In this document: positions 18,753 to 27,256 of the stretch, piece by piece
How the letters are laid out: the number at the start of each line of letters is the position of its first letter
Numbering within the stretch: the first letter of the stretch is position 1
NCBI GenBank assembly: GCA_022706085.1
Contig: JAKJDF010000001.1
Location: forward strand, 48,394-112,393
Length of the DNA stretch: 64,000 nt
From: Candidatus Latescibacterota bacterium
Lineage (GTDB): Bacteria > Latescibacterota > MWCZ01
Direction of reading: 5' to 3'
Notes under the pieces: generated by a model
Database searches by the model: none
Seen by the model: the letters and a program-made list of their open reading frames with translations, nothing else
Told to the model about the DNA's origin: nothing
Translations under genes and position numbers: made by a program

Positions 18753-18789
18753 CGCAACGACGGCAAAGAAAAAGAATCGAGAAAGATAG

Positions 18790-21700
18790 ATGTTCTCGCG
18801 TCTTCGGCTACGGGTGTACCTACTGGTCGCCGCCATGTGCATGGCAGCGACCAGTGTGTACGCCGTGACGCCGCCGGGAACGCTGATCACGAGCCAGGCT
18901 TCCGCTACGTATTTTGATAACGGCGGCTTCCAGTTCTCCATCCTGAGTAACACCGTTGTTACGCCGGTTCTCGGCGCCGTCGTCGGGACGGACGGTACGA
19001 TAGCTCAGAACACGCAGATCGTCGCCGGCGAACCCATTACGATCATTGTTACGGACCCCGACCGCGATTACCTCCCGAACGCGATTGACACGGTGCATGT
19101 GACCGTGGTGAACTCGCGGACGGGCGAAACCGAAACCCTTGTGCTGTACGAAACCGGGCAGGGCACCGGCGTGTTTTCCGGTTCCCTGCCCACCTATTAC
19201 GGTCAGAGCGCAGGCGCTGACGGTGATGGGACGCTGTTCGCGCAGCCGGGGGACGTGTTGCAGACGTCCTACGCCGACACGGCAACGTCGACCGGCGGCA
19301 CGGCGACGGTGACCGGCCAGACAAGCGTTCTGCCCACCTGGATCAAGCTAACGCCAGAACCGCACACCATCGTCGCCAACGGAACCGATCAATCGCGGCT
19401 GACCGCCCGGGTGACGGATGACCTTGACCGGCCGCTGCCGGACGGGACGATCGTCGTGTTTACGGCGGACAAGGGCAAGTTCTCGAACGGGACGCAGCGG
19501 ATCGAGGTGCCGGTAGCAGGTGGCAACGGGGAAGCAGTCACCGTGCTCACCGCACCCATTCTGGCGGCGAATGACACGGCGCGCGTGCTTGCGTCGTATC
19601 GCGGGTTCGATTCGGACGTGATCAAGTTGATCATCCTGCCGGGCGCCGTTGCGGTGCGCGTGTATGACCAGACACGAGACGTTGAGGTGAGGGCGAGTGA
19701 CCCGGCGCTTCTTGTTGAGGTGACGCTCGAAGGAACCACGGTCACCGGCGACCCGGTTTCGATCCACGTCACGGTGGACGAGAATGGCGTGTTCGTCGTG
19801 CCGGATATTCCGCCCGGCAACTATGAACTGCACGTCGTTGTGACGAGCCGAACTACGGGCGAAGTCGTCATGGACGGCGTGCTCCAAACCATCATCGTGA
19901 ATATGGACGGGTCGACCTCGCCGCCGCGCAACTCCGTAAGCGGGATGGTGCATGCGCGTAATGAGGAGTCGGGGGCGCGGTATGCCGGCGCGACGGTTGA
20001 GCTTTTGGACGCCAGCGGCAACGTGGTGGCGACCACGATCCTCGACGCCATGGGCAGGTACGAGTTTCAGAACCTGCTGCCGGGGGCCTACTCCCTGCGC
20101 GTGAAGATGGAGGACGGCGATACCTTCACGGTGCCCGTTTCCTCGCGCACGAACAACCTCGGCGAAGTGGTGTTGAACGCAGACGTGCTGATTGATCCGT
20201 TCGGGCGGGTGTTTGATGCCGTCACTACCGCGTTGATTCCCGGGTCCACGGTGACGCTGCGGAACCTTGACGAGAGTGTGCTGGCGATCCCGCCGCTGAG
20301 TGGAACCGGCGTCCCGCCGAACGTGAACAACATCAACCCGTTCGTCACGCCAGCCGACGGCCGGTACGCGTTCCTGTTCAGCTCATCACAGGTAGGGACG
20401 GTGGCGAATCCGGCGCGGTACATCATGACGGTAGATCCGCCATCCGGAACCACGTATCCGCCGCGCAGGATGCACCTGACGGTGCGGCCGACGGCGGAAG
20501 GTTCGTCGACGATCATGATGACGGTGGCCTCCGGCGACGGCCTTCAGATCGCGCGGCCAAACTCGTTCGGGCTCACCAACGGACCGGTCACGGTTCCGGA
20601 TATCGAGACGGTTGCCTACAACGTGCCGATGTTCGCGAAAACACCGATTCTGAAGTTCTCGAAGCTCGCGTCCACCGACACGACCAGCTACGGTGAGACG
20701 GTTGACTTTGCGATCGTGGTGAAGAACTTGGGGAACGACATCGCGCCTGCGGTCACCGTCACCGACACGCTGAACAGCGGGTGGAAGCTCGTTTCGTCGG
20801 ATGCCACATCGTCGAGCGGGGGTATGCTGAGCTGGGCTGTCGGCGACCTGCAGCCGGGCGGGAGCGATACGCTGCATGTGCGCGCCGAGGCGATGGACCA
20901 GGGCGTGATTCTGACGAACGCCGCGTGGGCGCAGTTCACGGGTGGGCTGCCGATCTCCTCGCAGGCGGATGTGGTCTCGCGCAGCGCGTCGTCGATATCC
21001 GTCACGAAGGCAGTCGTGACGCCGCCGGCACTTGTGGGAAAAGAGATTCACTACGAGATCCGTTTGAAGACCCCGCCGGGGTACGCAGGCAAGATCACGG
21101 TTGAAGACCCCCTGCCGCCCGAACTGGTGTACATCGTTGGAAGCAGCGTTCCGGCTGCGACGTACGATGCGGGTACGCATACGCTTACGTGGGATGTCTC
21201 CGGCGCCACCACTGACACAGTGCGGGTGTTCAGATTCGCCACGGAGCCGCGCACCGACCTGTCGCCGGGGGACTATCCGATTCCCAACACGGCGACGGCA
21301 AGCGTGGGAGCGTTCAAAATCGGCTCGAACCGGGCGGACGACCTCGTGACGGTGCCCTACTTCCGAATCACGAAAACGTCGGACATCACCAGCGCGGAAA
21401 CCGGCGATTTCGTGGTGTACCGGATCGCGCTGGAGAACCTCAGCGCGTCCGACAGCCTGTCGAACATCGTGGTGCGGGACGTTATGCCGTTCGGTTTCGA
21501 GTATGTGCCCAACACGGCGCGCCTCGACGGCGTTCCCGCTCCGCCGGACACACTGCGGGACCGGCAGATCATCTGGAAGGTTTCCGGGGTAGGCGCCGGC
21601 AGAACCCGCCAGCTCACCTACCGGCTCGTGCTGGGCATGGGGGCGGGCGCGGGAGACGGGCGGAACACCGCAACGGCAACTGCGAAGACCTCGCGTGGGG

Positions 21701-24700
21701 CGACACTGGCCGCCGGCCCTGCTACGGCGAGGGTGTTCGTCCGGCCTGCGCCGTTCAGCAGCGATCAGGTGGTTCTTGGCCGCGCGTGGGTTGATCTGAA
21801 CGGCAACAAGGTGCACGATGAAGGTGAACCGGGTGTTCCGGGCGTGGTACTCCTGATGGAAGACGGCACGCGCATCATCGCCGATAGGTCGGGCCGATTC
21901 TCCATTCCGGAAATCCGCGCCGGCGACCACGCAATCCGGCTTCTGGAGCACAACATTCCGGACAGCCTCGAGCCGGTGATTCTGGGCGTGAGGTCTACGA
22001 ACGATCCGTGGGTACGGTTCGTAAGCGTATCCGCCTCAGGGATGGCGAAGGCGAACTTCCCGTTCCGGGTGAAACCTCGTGCACCGGCCCCACCGCCACC
22101 GCCGCCGCCTCCTCCGCCGCCACCGGCACCGCCCGAGTCGCTCACCGTGGCGGTCACCATTGAGCGGGTGATCGTTCCGGATTCGATTACGATCCCGGCG
22201 TCGGAGACGATCATACTGGAGTCCGGCGTGACGTTTGCAACCGGGAAAGCCGATCTGCGCCCTGAAGGAATCGCGGTGCTGAACGATCTGCTCCCGAGAA
22301 TCAAACGAGCGCAGGGCCGTCAGATCACGGTGAGCGGACATACTGATCCGCGGCCGATCCGCACGCGGCAGTTCCCCAACAACATGGTTCTTTCGCTGGC
22401 GCGAGCTCGTTCGGTGCGCAACTGGATGGTGCAGAACGGCGTGGATTCGACGCACATCGCGATATTCGGGTACGGTCCCGACCGGCCCATAGCACCAAAC
22501 ACCACGCCGGAGGGGATGCAGAAGAACCGCCGCGTGGAGATCAACCTTGATTACGGAACCGAGGCGCGGACGATTCCTGCCGGGACCGCCCGTGTGCGGC
22601 TCGCGATCCGCACCTCGGAAAATGCGGCACGCGATACATTCACGATCTCGCAGCCTCTTCCGGAGGATATTGCGCGTCCTGCTCCGGATTCGTTGCAAGA
22701 TCGTACCGTGCAACACGGAGACTCCGTGTGGGCGAAAATCGGCCGCGAGACTTCAGTGTTCACCGATCTGCCCGCCCCTGTGGTCACCCACCGCACGTGG
22801 GGCGCGATTCCGCTGCGCCGCACGAGCGAGCACCGGGATGGAACGATACGCGAGACGTGGAACGGTAGTATCCGCGTTCCCCTGCCGGCTGATTCGGGCG
22901 CTTCGGCGGTTCCGCAGAGTGGCCCGGTTCAGACAGGGCAAACGCCCGCGGGTGCGCCGGCGGGAATCAGTTCCGCTTCAGCCGTCGCTGCCTTTGGAAC
23001 AGCGACCGAAACGGGGCTCACCCCGGCGAATGGCGTGGCGCAGACAGGTGCTTCGGCTGCTATCTCAGACAGCGCAACGCGGGCACTGGCGCCGCCAATC
23101 GAGCTGCGACAGGCGCCCACGCCGAGAGAACGTGTCCAGCGACCGGGTCAACTGGTGTGGATCGAGTACCCGACCGCAGACAGCACAGTGAGTTATCGTG
23201 ACCGCTTGACACTGATTGCGCGCGGACGCGCTGGAACGCCGATGACACTCCGGCTGAATGGCAGGGAAGTCACGACGCTCACTGTTCGCGCGGATTCGAA
23301 GGCGGATTTCCTCAACATTGCGGCGCCTTCCGGCCCTGTGACGCTCACCGTTACGCAGACGCTGCCGGGCGGGCGGGTTTTTGCCGACAGCGTTTTCCTG
23401 CACGTGGTGGGACCCGCCGCGCGGGTGACTCTTGACGTGAGCCCTTCGACCCTGCCGGCTGACAGTCTCTCGCAGACGGAGGCGGTCGCGCAGGTGCTCG
23501 ACGAGTGGGGTATGCCGCTGGCAGACGGGCAGATCGTCACTTTCGAAATCGATAATGGTTCGATCCTTACACCGGATCTTTACCCCGACGAGAGGGGAGT
23601 TCAGGTCCAGGTAAGAAACGGATACGCCTCCGTACTCATCCAGAGTTCCGCGACAGTCGGCGAGGCAACGCTGACCGCGAATGCGTCGAACGTCGTTGCC
23701 AGGGCAACTCTGAATTATGCCGTGCCGTACGAGAGATTTACGCTGGTGGGTCTGGCTTCCGGCCAAGTCGGGTGGAAAACGAATGCCGCGGCTCCGGCCG
23801 GAATCAATTTTGGCGAGGACTTCGAGAAGGGCGCGTATGGAAAAGGCAAAGTGGCATTCTTTGGTCGCGGAACGGTGCGCAACAACTACCTCCTGACTAC
23901 ATCGTTTGATTCGGATCGGCGGTTTGACGACCAGGTGTATCGTTATCTGACGCCAGAACGAGCGTATCCCATCCATGGCGACGCCAGCTCGATTTTCTAC
24001 GAAGCGCCCTCCGCGAGCAAGTTCTTCTTCCGGCTCGCGAAAGAACGGAACTACCTGCAGTACGGGGATTTCGCGCCGGATCTTTCGCAAGCTGAGCTTA
24101 CGGCGTACCGGAGGACCTTCACGGGCGTGACCGCCGCAATGCGTAACCGGCGCACCGCGTGGAGCCTTTTTGGCGCCTTCACCGAGCAGGCGATACAGGT
24201 TGACGAGATTCCGGGCGAGGGGATTTCCGGGAATTACTACCTGTCGGCGGCACGTCGTGGCGTGCGCGTGGTGGAAGGAAGCGAAAGGATCGTCATTCAG
24301 ACGCGCGACCGTATTCATCCGGAAAACATTCTGCGCGAGGAAGTGCAATACCGCTTCATCGATTACGAGATAGACTATCTCGCCGGCACGATCCTGTTCA
24401 AGAAGCCAATCCCCAGCCGGGGTTTTGACGAGAACCCGATTTTCATTGTCGCCACGTACGAAGCGTCGCGCGCGCTTCAACGGCACACGGTGGGCGGTGG
24501 CCGATTTGCGCTTCATTCCGGCGAAAAATGGGAGGTCGGCACTTCGGTTGTGGGCGAAGGGCGATCCACGGGTGACTACTGGCTTAGCGGCGTTGACGCC
24601 AGTTATCGGCCTCTGCGAAACATGTTCGTCAATGCGGAGCTGGCGAGGTCGGATCTGGCGCAGACGGGATGGGCGTGGAAATTCGGCGCGCAGGGCCGGT

Positions 24701-26145
24701 ACGGGAGCACCCTGAATTATGACCTCTCGTACAGAAGCGCCGAGCGCGCGTTCTACAACCCGAGCAGCACCTCCGCCCTTCCCGGCGTTACGAAGATGCG
24801 GGGCAAAGTGACGTGGTCGCCGGTTGCATTTGCCAGCTTTACCGGGGAAGCATTCCGATCTGACGACGTGATCAACGGTGAAGTACGCAACAGCGGCGCC
24901 CTCGGCGGGACGTATCGGTGGCGCACGCTGACCGGACTGGTCTCCACGGAACTCACGAGTGTGGACAGGGCTGGTCAGGAAACGCGCACCGGGGTGCTGA
25001 GCACTGGTCTGGAGTGGGCGGCGTCCCGGACGCTCACCCTTAAGGCGGAACGCGACCAGAACTTCCTTGACGAGGACGTGGCGTACCGACCGACACTGAA
25101 CCGCGTTCAGGCGCGTTGGTCGCCGTTGCAGCGTCTGGACGTTGTCGCGGAGCACGCGTTCCGCGACTATAACGTGATGGACTCCAGTTACACTGCGATC
25201 GGCCTGCAATCCCGTGTAACAGACAACACGACGGCATACGCCAACTACAAACTTGACGGCGGGATCAACGGTCAGAAGAACGAGGCGATAGTCGGTCTGC
25301 GGCACCGGTTCATGCCTTTGCCGTATGTATCCATGAGTACAGGCTTCGAGCGGATGCAGACGCTGAGGGGCAATCGCTCCGCCGATTTCTACTCCTACAG
25401 CATCGCCGGGGAGTACCTGCCTCCCGAGTCTTTCAAAGCGAGCGCACGCTTCGAACAGCGCGAGGGCCAGACTCTCGACAAGATGGTGGCGTCGGGAGCG
25501 TTCGACGTTGTGCTGGTTCGGAACCTTTCCCTGCTCGCCAAGCACACGTATGCGGGCGAAGCGACGTTGGCCACGGGGACATGGAATCGGATGCGGAGGC
25601 ATCATTTCCTGTCCGGTCTCGCGTGGCGGTCAGAGCGGAGCGATTATCTGAACGTTCTGGGCAAGTACGAGTACAAAAAGCAGTATAATGGTATGTTGAC
25701 GCCGGCCACGGACCGTTCAGTCCACATCGGATCGCTGGAAGGTATGCTGGAGCCGCGCTCTCAGCTTGAGGTGTTCGGGCGGTACGCGTTCAAGGTGGCC
25801 CAGCTTTCCACCGAGGGAGTGTCCTCGCGGTCGCTTACAGACCTGTGGATGGGGAGCATTCGTTACGAATTGCGGGAAACCTGGGATGTGCTCGGGGAGT
25901 ACCGTTTGATCAGCCAGCACACTGCCAACGATCTGCAGCATGGAGCTTCGGCGGAAATAGGCCGTGTTCTCGGTGGCAATGCACGAATCGCGTTCGGTTA
26001 CAACTTCGTCGGGTACCACGACAGCGACTTCGCCGGGCTCTCGTACTGGGGTCAGGGACCCTTCATGAGGATCCAGGTCAAATTCACTGAGCGCGACGTC
26101 GCCGGGGGGGTGGACGGCCTCCAGACCTTCTGGCGGGGCAGGTGA
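18790..26145 (+). CDS. giant (2451 aa) envelope protein: signal peptide, Big_1-like and CarboxypepD_reg-like Ig domains, three DUF11 repeats, SdrD-B-like domain, poly-Pro linker, OmpA-like domain, Big_1-like domain, ~790-aa C-terminal beta-barrel
   Basis: Signal MFSRLRLRVYLLVAAMCMAATSVYA. DUF11 cores (YGETVDFAIVVKNLGNDIAPAVTVTDTL etc). OmpA block GKADLRPEG...ITVSGHTDPRP...NMVLSLARARSV...NRRVEINL. C-terminal alternating-strand region ending GQGPFMRIQVKF. Confidence 0.85.
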   Translation: MFSRLRLRVYLLVAAMCMAATSVYAVTPPGTLITSQASATYFDNGGFQFSILSNTVVTPVLGAVVGTDGTIAQNTQIVAGEPITIIVTDPDRDYLPNAIDTVHVTVVNSRTGETETLVLYETGQGTGVFSGSLPTYYGQSAGADGDGTLFAQPGDVLQTSYADTATSTGGTATVTGQTSVLPTWIKLTPEPHTIVANGTDQSRLTARVTDDLDRPLPDGTIVVFTADKGKFSNGTQRIEVPVAGGNGEAVTVLTAPILAANDTARVLASYRGFDSDVIKLIILPGAVAVRVYDQTRDVEVRASDPALLVEVTLEGTTVTGDPVSIHVTVDENGVFVVPDIPPGNYELHVVVTSRTTGEVVMDGVLQTIIVNMDGSTSPPRNSVSGMVHARNEESGARYAGATVELLDASGNVVATTILDAMGRYEFQNLLPGAYSLRVKMEDGDTFTVPVSSRTNNLGEVVLNADVLIDPFGRVFDAVTTALIPGSTVTLRNLDESVLAIPPLSGTGVPPNVNNINPFVTPADGRYAFLFSSSQVGTVANPARYIMTVDPPSGTTYPPRRMHLTVRPTAEGSSTIMMTVASGDGLQIARPNSFGLTNGPVTVPDIETVAYNVPMFAKTPILKFSKLASTDTTSYGETVDFAIVVKNLGNDIAPAVTVTDTLNSGWKLVSSDATSSSGGMLSWAVGDLQPGGSDTLHVRAEAMDQGVILTNAAWAQFTGGLPISSQADVVSRSASSISVTKAVVTPPALVGKEIHYEIRLKTPPGYAGKITVEDPLPPELVYIVGSSVPAATYDAGTHTLTWDVSGATTDTVRVFRFATEPRTDLSPGDYPIPNTATASVGAFKIGSNRADDLVTVPYFRITKTSDITSAETGDFVVYRIALENLSASDSLSNIVVRDVMPFGFEYVPNTARLDGVPAPPDTLRDRQIIWKVSGVGAGRTRQLTYRLVLGMGAGAGDGRNTATATAKTSRGATLAAGPATARVFVRPAPFSSDQVVLGRAWVDLNGNKVHDEGEPGVPGVVLLMEDGTRIIADRSGRFSIPEIRAGDHAIRLLEHNIPDSLEPVILGVRSTNDPWVRFVSVSASGMAKANFPFRVKPRAPAPPPPPPPPPPPPAPPESLTVAVTIERVIVPDSITIPASETIILESGVTFATGKADLRPEGIAVLNDLLPRIKRAQGRQITVSGHTDPRPIRTRQFPNNMVLSLARARSVRNWMVQNGVDSTHIAIFGYGPDRPIAPNTTPEGMQKNRRVEINLDYGTEARTIPAGTARVRLAIRTSENAARDTFTISQPLPEDIARPAPDSLQDRTVQHGDSVWAKIGRETSVFTDLPAPVVTHRTWGAIPLRRTSEHRDGTIRETWNGSIRVPLPADSGASAVPQSGPVQTGQTPAGAPAGISSASAVAAFGTATETGLTPANGVAQTGASAAISDSATRALAPPIELRQAPTPRERVQRPGQLVWIEYPTADSTVSYRDRLTLIARGRAGTPMTLRLNGREVTTLTVRADSKADFLNIAAPSGPVTLTVTQTLPGGRVFADSVFLHVVGPAARVTLDVSPSTLPADSLSQTEAVAQVLDEWGMPLADGQIVTFEIDNGSILTPDLYPDERGVQVQVRNGYASVLIQSSATVGEATLTANASNVVARATLNYAVPYERFTLVGLASGQVGWKTNAAAPAGINFGEDFEKGAYGKGKVAFFGRGTVRNNYLLTTSFDSDRRFDDQVYRYLTPERAYPIHGDASSIFYEAPSASKFFFRLAKERNYLQYGDFAPDLSQAELTAYRRTFTGVTAAMRNRRTAWSLFGAFTEQAIQVDEIPGEGISGNYYLSAARRGVRVVEGSERIVIQTRDRIHPENILREEVQYRFIDYEIDYLAGTILFKKPIPSRGFDENPIFIVATYEASRALQRHTVGGGRFALHSGEKWEVGTSVVGEGRSTGDYWLSGVDASYRPLRNMFVNAELARSDLAQTGWAWKFGAQGRYGSTLNYDLSYRSAERAFYNPSSTSALPGVTKMRGKVTWSPVAFASFTGEAFRSDDVINGEVRNSGALGGTYRWRTLTGLVSTELTSVDRAGQETRTGVLSTGLEWAASRTLTLKAERDQNFLDEDVAYRPTLNRVQARWSPLQRLDVVAEHAFRDYNVMDSSYTAIGLQSRVTDNTTAYANYKLDGGINGQKNEAIVGLRHRFMPLPYVSMSTGFERMQTLRGNRSADFYSYSIAGEYLPPESFKASARFEQREGQTLDKMVASGAFDVVLVRNLSLLAKHTYAGEATLATGTWNRMRRHHFLSGLAWRSERSDYLNVLGKYEYKKQYNGMLTPATDRSVHIGSLEGMLEPRSQLEVFGRYAFKVAQLSTEGVSSRSLTDLWMGSIRYELRETWDVLGEYRLISQHTANDLQHGASAEIGRVLGGNARIAFGYNFVGYHDSDFAGLSYWGQGPFMRIQVKFTERDVAGGVDGLQTFWRGR
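22090..22125 (+). repeat. twelve consecutive proline codons (CCG/CCA/CCT) inside the giant gene
   Basis: Codons read directly. Flanked by PAPA.. and ..APP. Confidence 0.95.
22225..22548 (+). other. OmpA-like peptidoglycan-binding domain, internal to the giant protein
   Basis: GVTFATGKADLRPEGIAVLNDLL...ITVSGHTDPRPIRTRQFPNNMVLSLARARSVRNWM...GYGPDRPIAPNTTPEGMQKNRRVEINL matches the OmpA C-terminal domain consensus. Confidence 0.8.
23722..26085 (+). other. predicted large C-terminal beta-barrel domain of the giant protein
   Basis: ~790 aa of short amphipathic strands rich in Y/F/W/G/R with Asp/Asn/Gly turns. Terminal strand ...FMRIQVKF. A ~90-aa non-barrel insert is encoded at 24196..24463. Confidence 0.6.
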
Positions 26146-26158
26146 GCTCGAGTAGTTC

Positions 26159-26184
26159 AGAGGCTGAACCCAGAAGCAGCCTCT
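26159..26184. terminator. 8-bp stem-loop (AGAGGCTG ... CAGCCTCT) between convergent genes; possible bidirectional terminator
   Basis: Read directly in the 40-nt gap between the giant gene stop (26145) and the etfA2 stop (26186). Confidence 0.4.
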
Positions 26185-26185
26185 A

Positions 26186-27229
26186 TCAGACTGCTACCTC
26201 TCCCCCGTCCTTCCTCAACAGCTCGATCACTTTCCCCATTACGGCGAACGCGTCGGCGACGTAGAGAACGTCCGCCTTCCCCCTCGCCCACCCGCAACTG
26301 GGATCGAGATTTACGGCGCGCCGTTCGTTGATGAATCGCCATCCCACCACGTGCGGTTCCTCACCGTGGCAGCAGGTTGCAAGCCCTTTGGGATGGCGCG
26401 GCGTGGACCCCGTTTGACCTACCTGGTGCATATGGGTCAGAAGGCTGATCACCTTCTGCCCTTCCCCGGACTGATCCACCAGGGATTTGCTGCTCCCCAG
26501 GGATGCGTGCGTCAGGTCAAGGAAGCTCCGGATCAGGTTCTCGGCTTCCTCGACATGAACTTCTCCGTCGGACTGTTTCTTCGTCCACCCGGCCCCCGCA
26601 ACAAACAGGAGATCGGCATCGGGGCGAATCGTCTGGGTTCCTGCGGAAGCTGGTTCGATTCCGGCGATCCGGGTGCGCGTTTCCACCGGTTCCACAGGTA
26701 GTATGGAGACCTCCGCGTGCCCGGCAGCGCCGCCCCAAGGGTCGAATACCCCCGGCTCGAGAAGCACCACCCACGGTCGCTGGGACCGTGTCAATTCAGC
26801 AACCATCCTCTGCCGATAGTACCACCGCTGGACGAGAAGCGTGCTTTCGTCCACGCGGAGGCCGGTCACGCGCGTGTCAACGCGACCCTTCGCCCGAAAC
26901 GCAGCACCGGGCATGCAACGCGCGGTGCGGGTGGTCTGAGGCGCCAGGACGAAATCCGCTTCGGCAGCGCGAATCAAAGCCGCAGCCGCTGCTGAATCGG
27001 TGGCACACCTTGCAGACGCAAACTCTGGTCCCTGGACGGCAAGAATCCGGGTTGCGCCGCACGAACCGATGCTGTCCGCGGCTTGTTGAACACGCTCGCC
27101 AATCAATCCGACGTCGAGTGCCGCACCGAATGCCTGTGCAAGCTCGCACGCTCCGGACAACGCTTCAAGCGTTGCTTTCCCGAGAACCCCGTTTTCCTCA
27201 ACAAATGCGACAAGAAGAATCTTTTTCAT
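26186..27229 (-). CDS. divergent electron transfer flavoprotein alpha-like subunit
   Basis: ORF 26186..27256, start ATG 27229 (MKKILLVAFVE...). ETF alpha fold with QVGQTGSTPRHP block. The canonical GISGAIQH FAD motif is replaced by CCHGEEPH. Confidence 0.75.
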   Translation of the reverse strand: MKKILLVAFVEENGVLGKATLEALSGACELAQAFGAALDVGLIGERVQQAADSIGSCGATRILAVQGPEFASARCATDSAAAAALIRAAEADFVLAPQTTRTARCMPGAAFRAKGRVDTRVTGLRVDESTLLVQRWYYRQRMVAELTRSQRPWVVLLEPGVFDPWGGAAGHAEVSILPVEPVETRTRIAGIEPASAGTQTIRPDADLLFVAGAGWTKKQSDGEVHVEEAENLIRSFLDLTHASLGSSKSLVDQSGEGQKVISLLTHMHQVGQTGSTPRHPKGLATCCHGEEPHVVGWRFINERRAVNLDPSCGWARGKADVLYVADAFAVMGKVIELLRKDGGEVAV

Positions 27230-27256
27230 TGCACTACCTGTTCCTCGCTGGCTCAA

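Noticed and set aside
20386-21951. 521-aa minus-strand ORF antisense to the DUF11 repeats of the giant gene
   Set aside because: Same reasoning: Arg/His/Asp-rich composition, no recognisable fold, and the opposite frame carries clear DUF11 motifs.
22081-22134. CCG/CCA-rich stretch as a non-coding tandem repeat or CRISPR-like element
   Set aside because: It is in frame within the giant ORF and simply encodes the poly-Pro linker. There is no spacer/repeat periodicity.
23065-25605. 846-aa ORF on the minus strand, antisense to the giant gene
   Set aside because: The translation is Arg/Pro/Gly-rich low-complexity text with no motif. It lies fully inside a plus-strand ORF that has coherent domain content. 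Long antisense ORFs are expected in GC-rich DNA.
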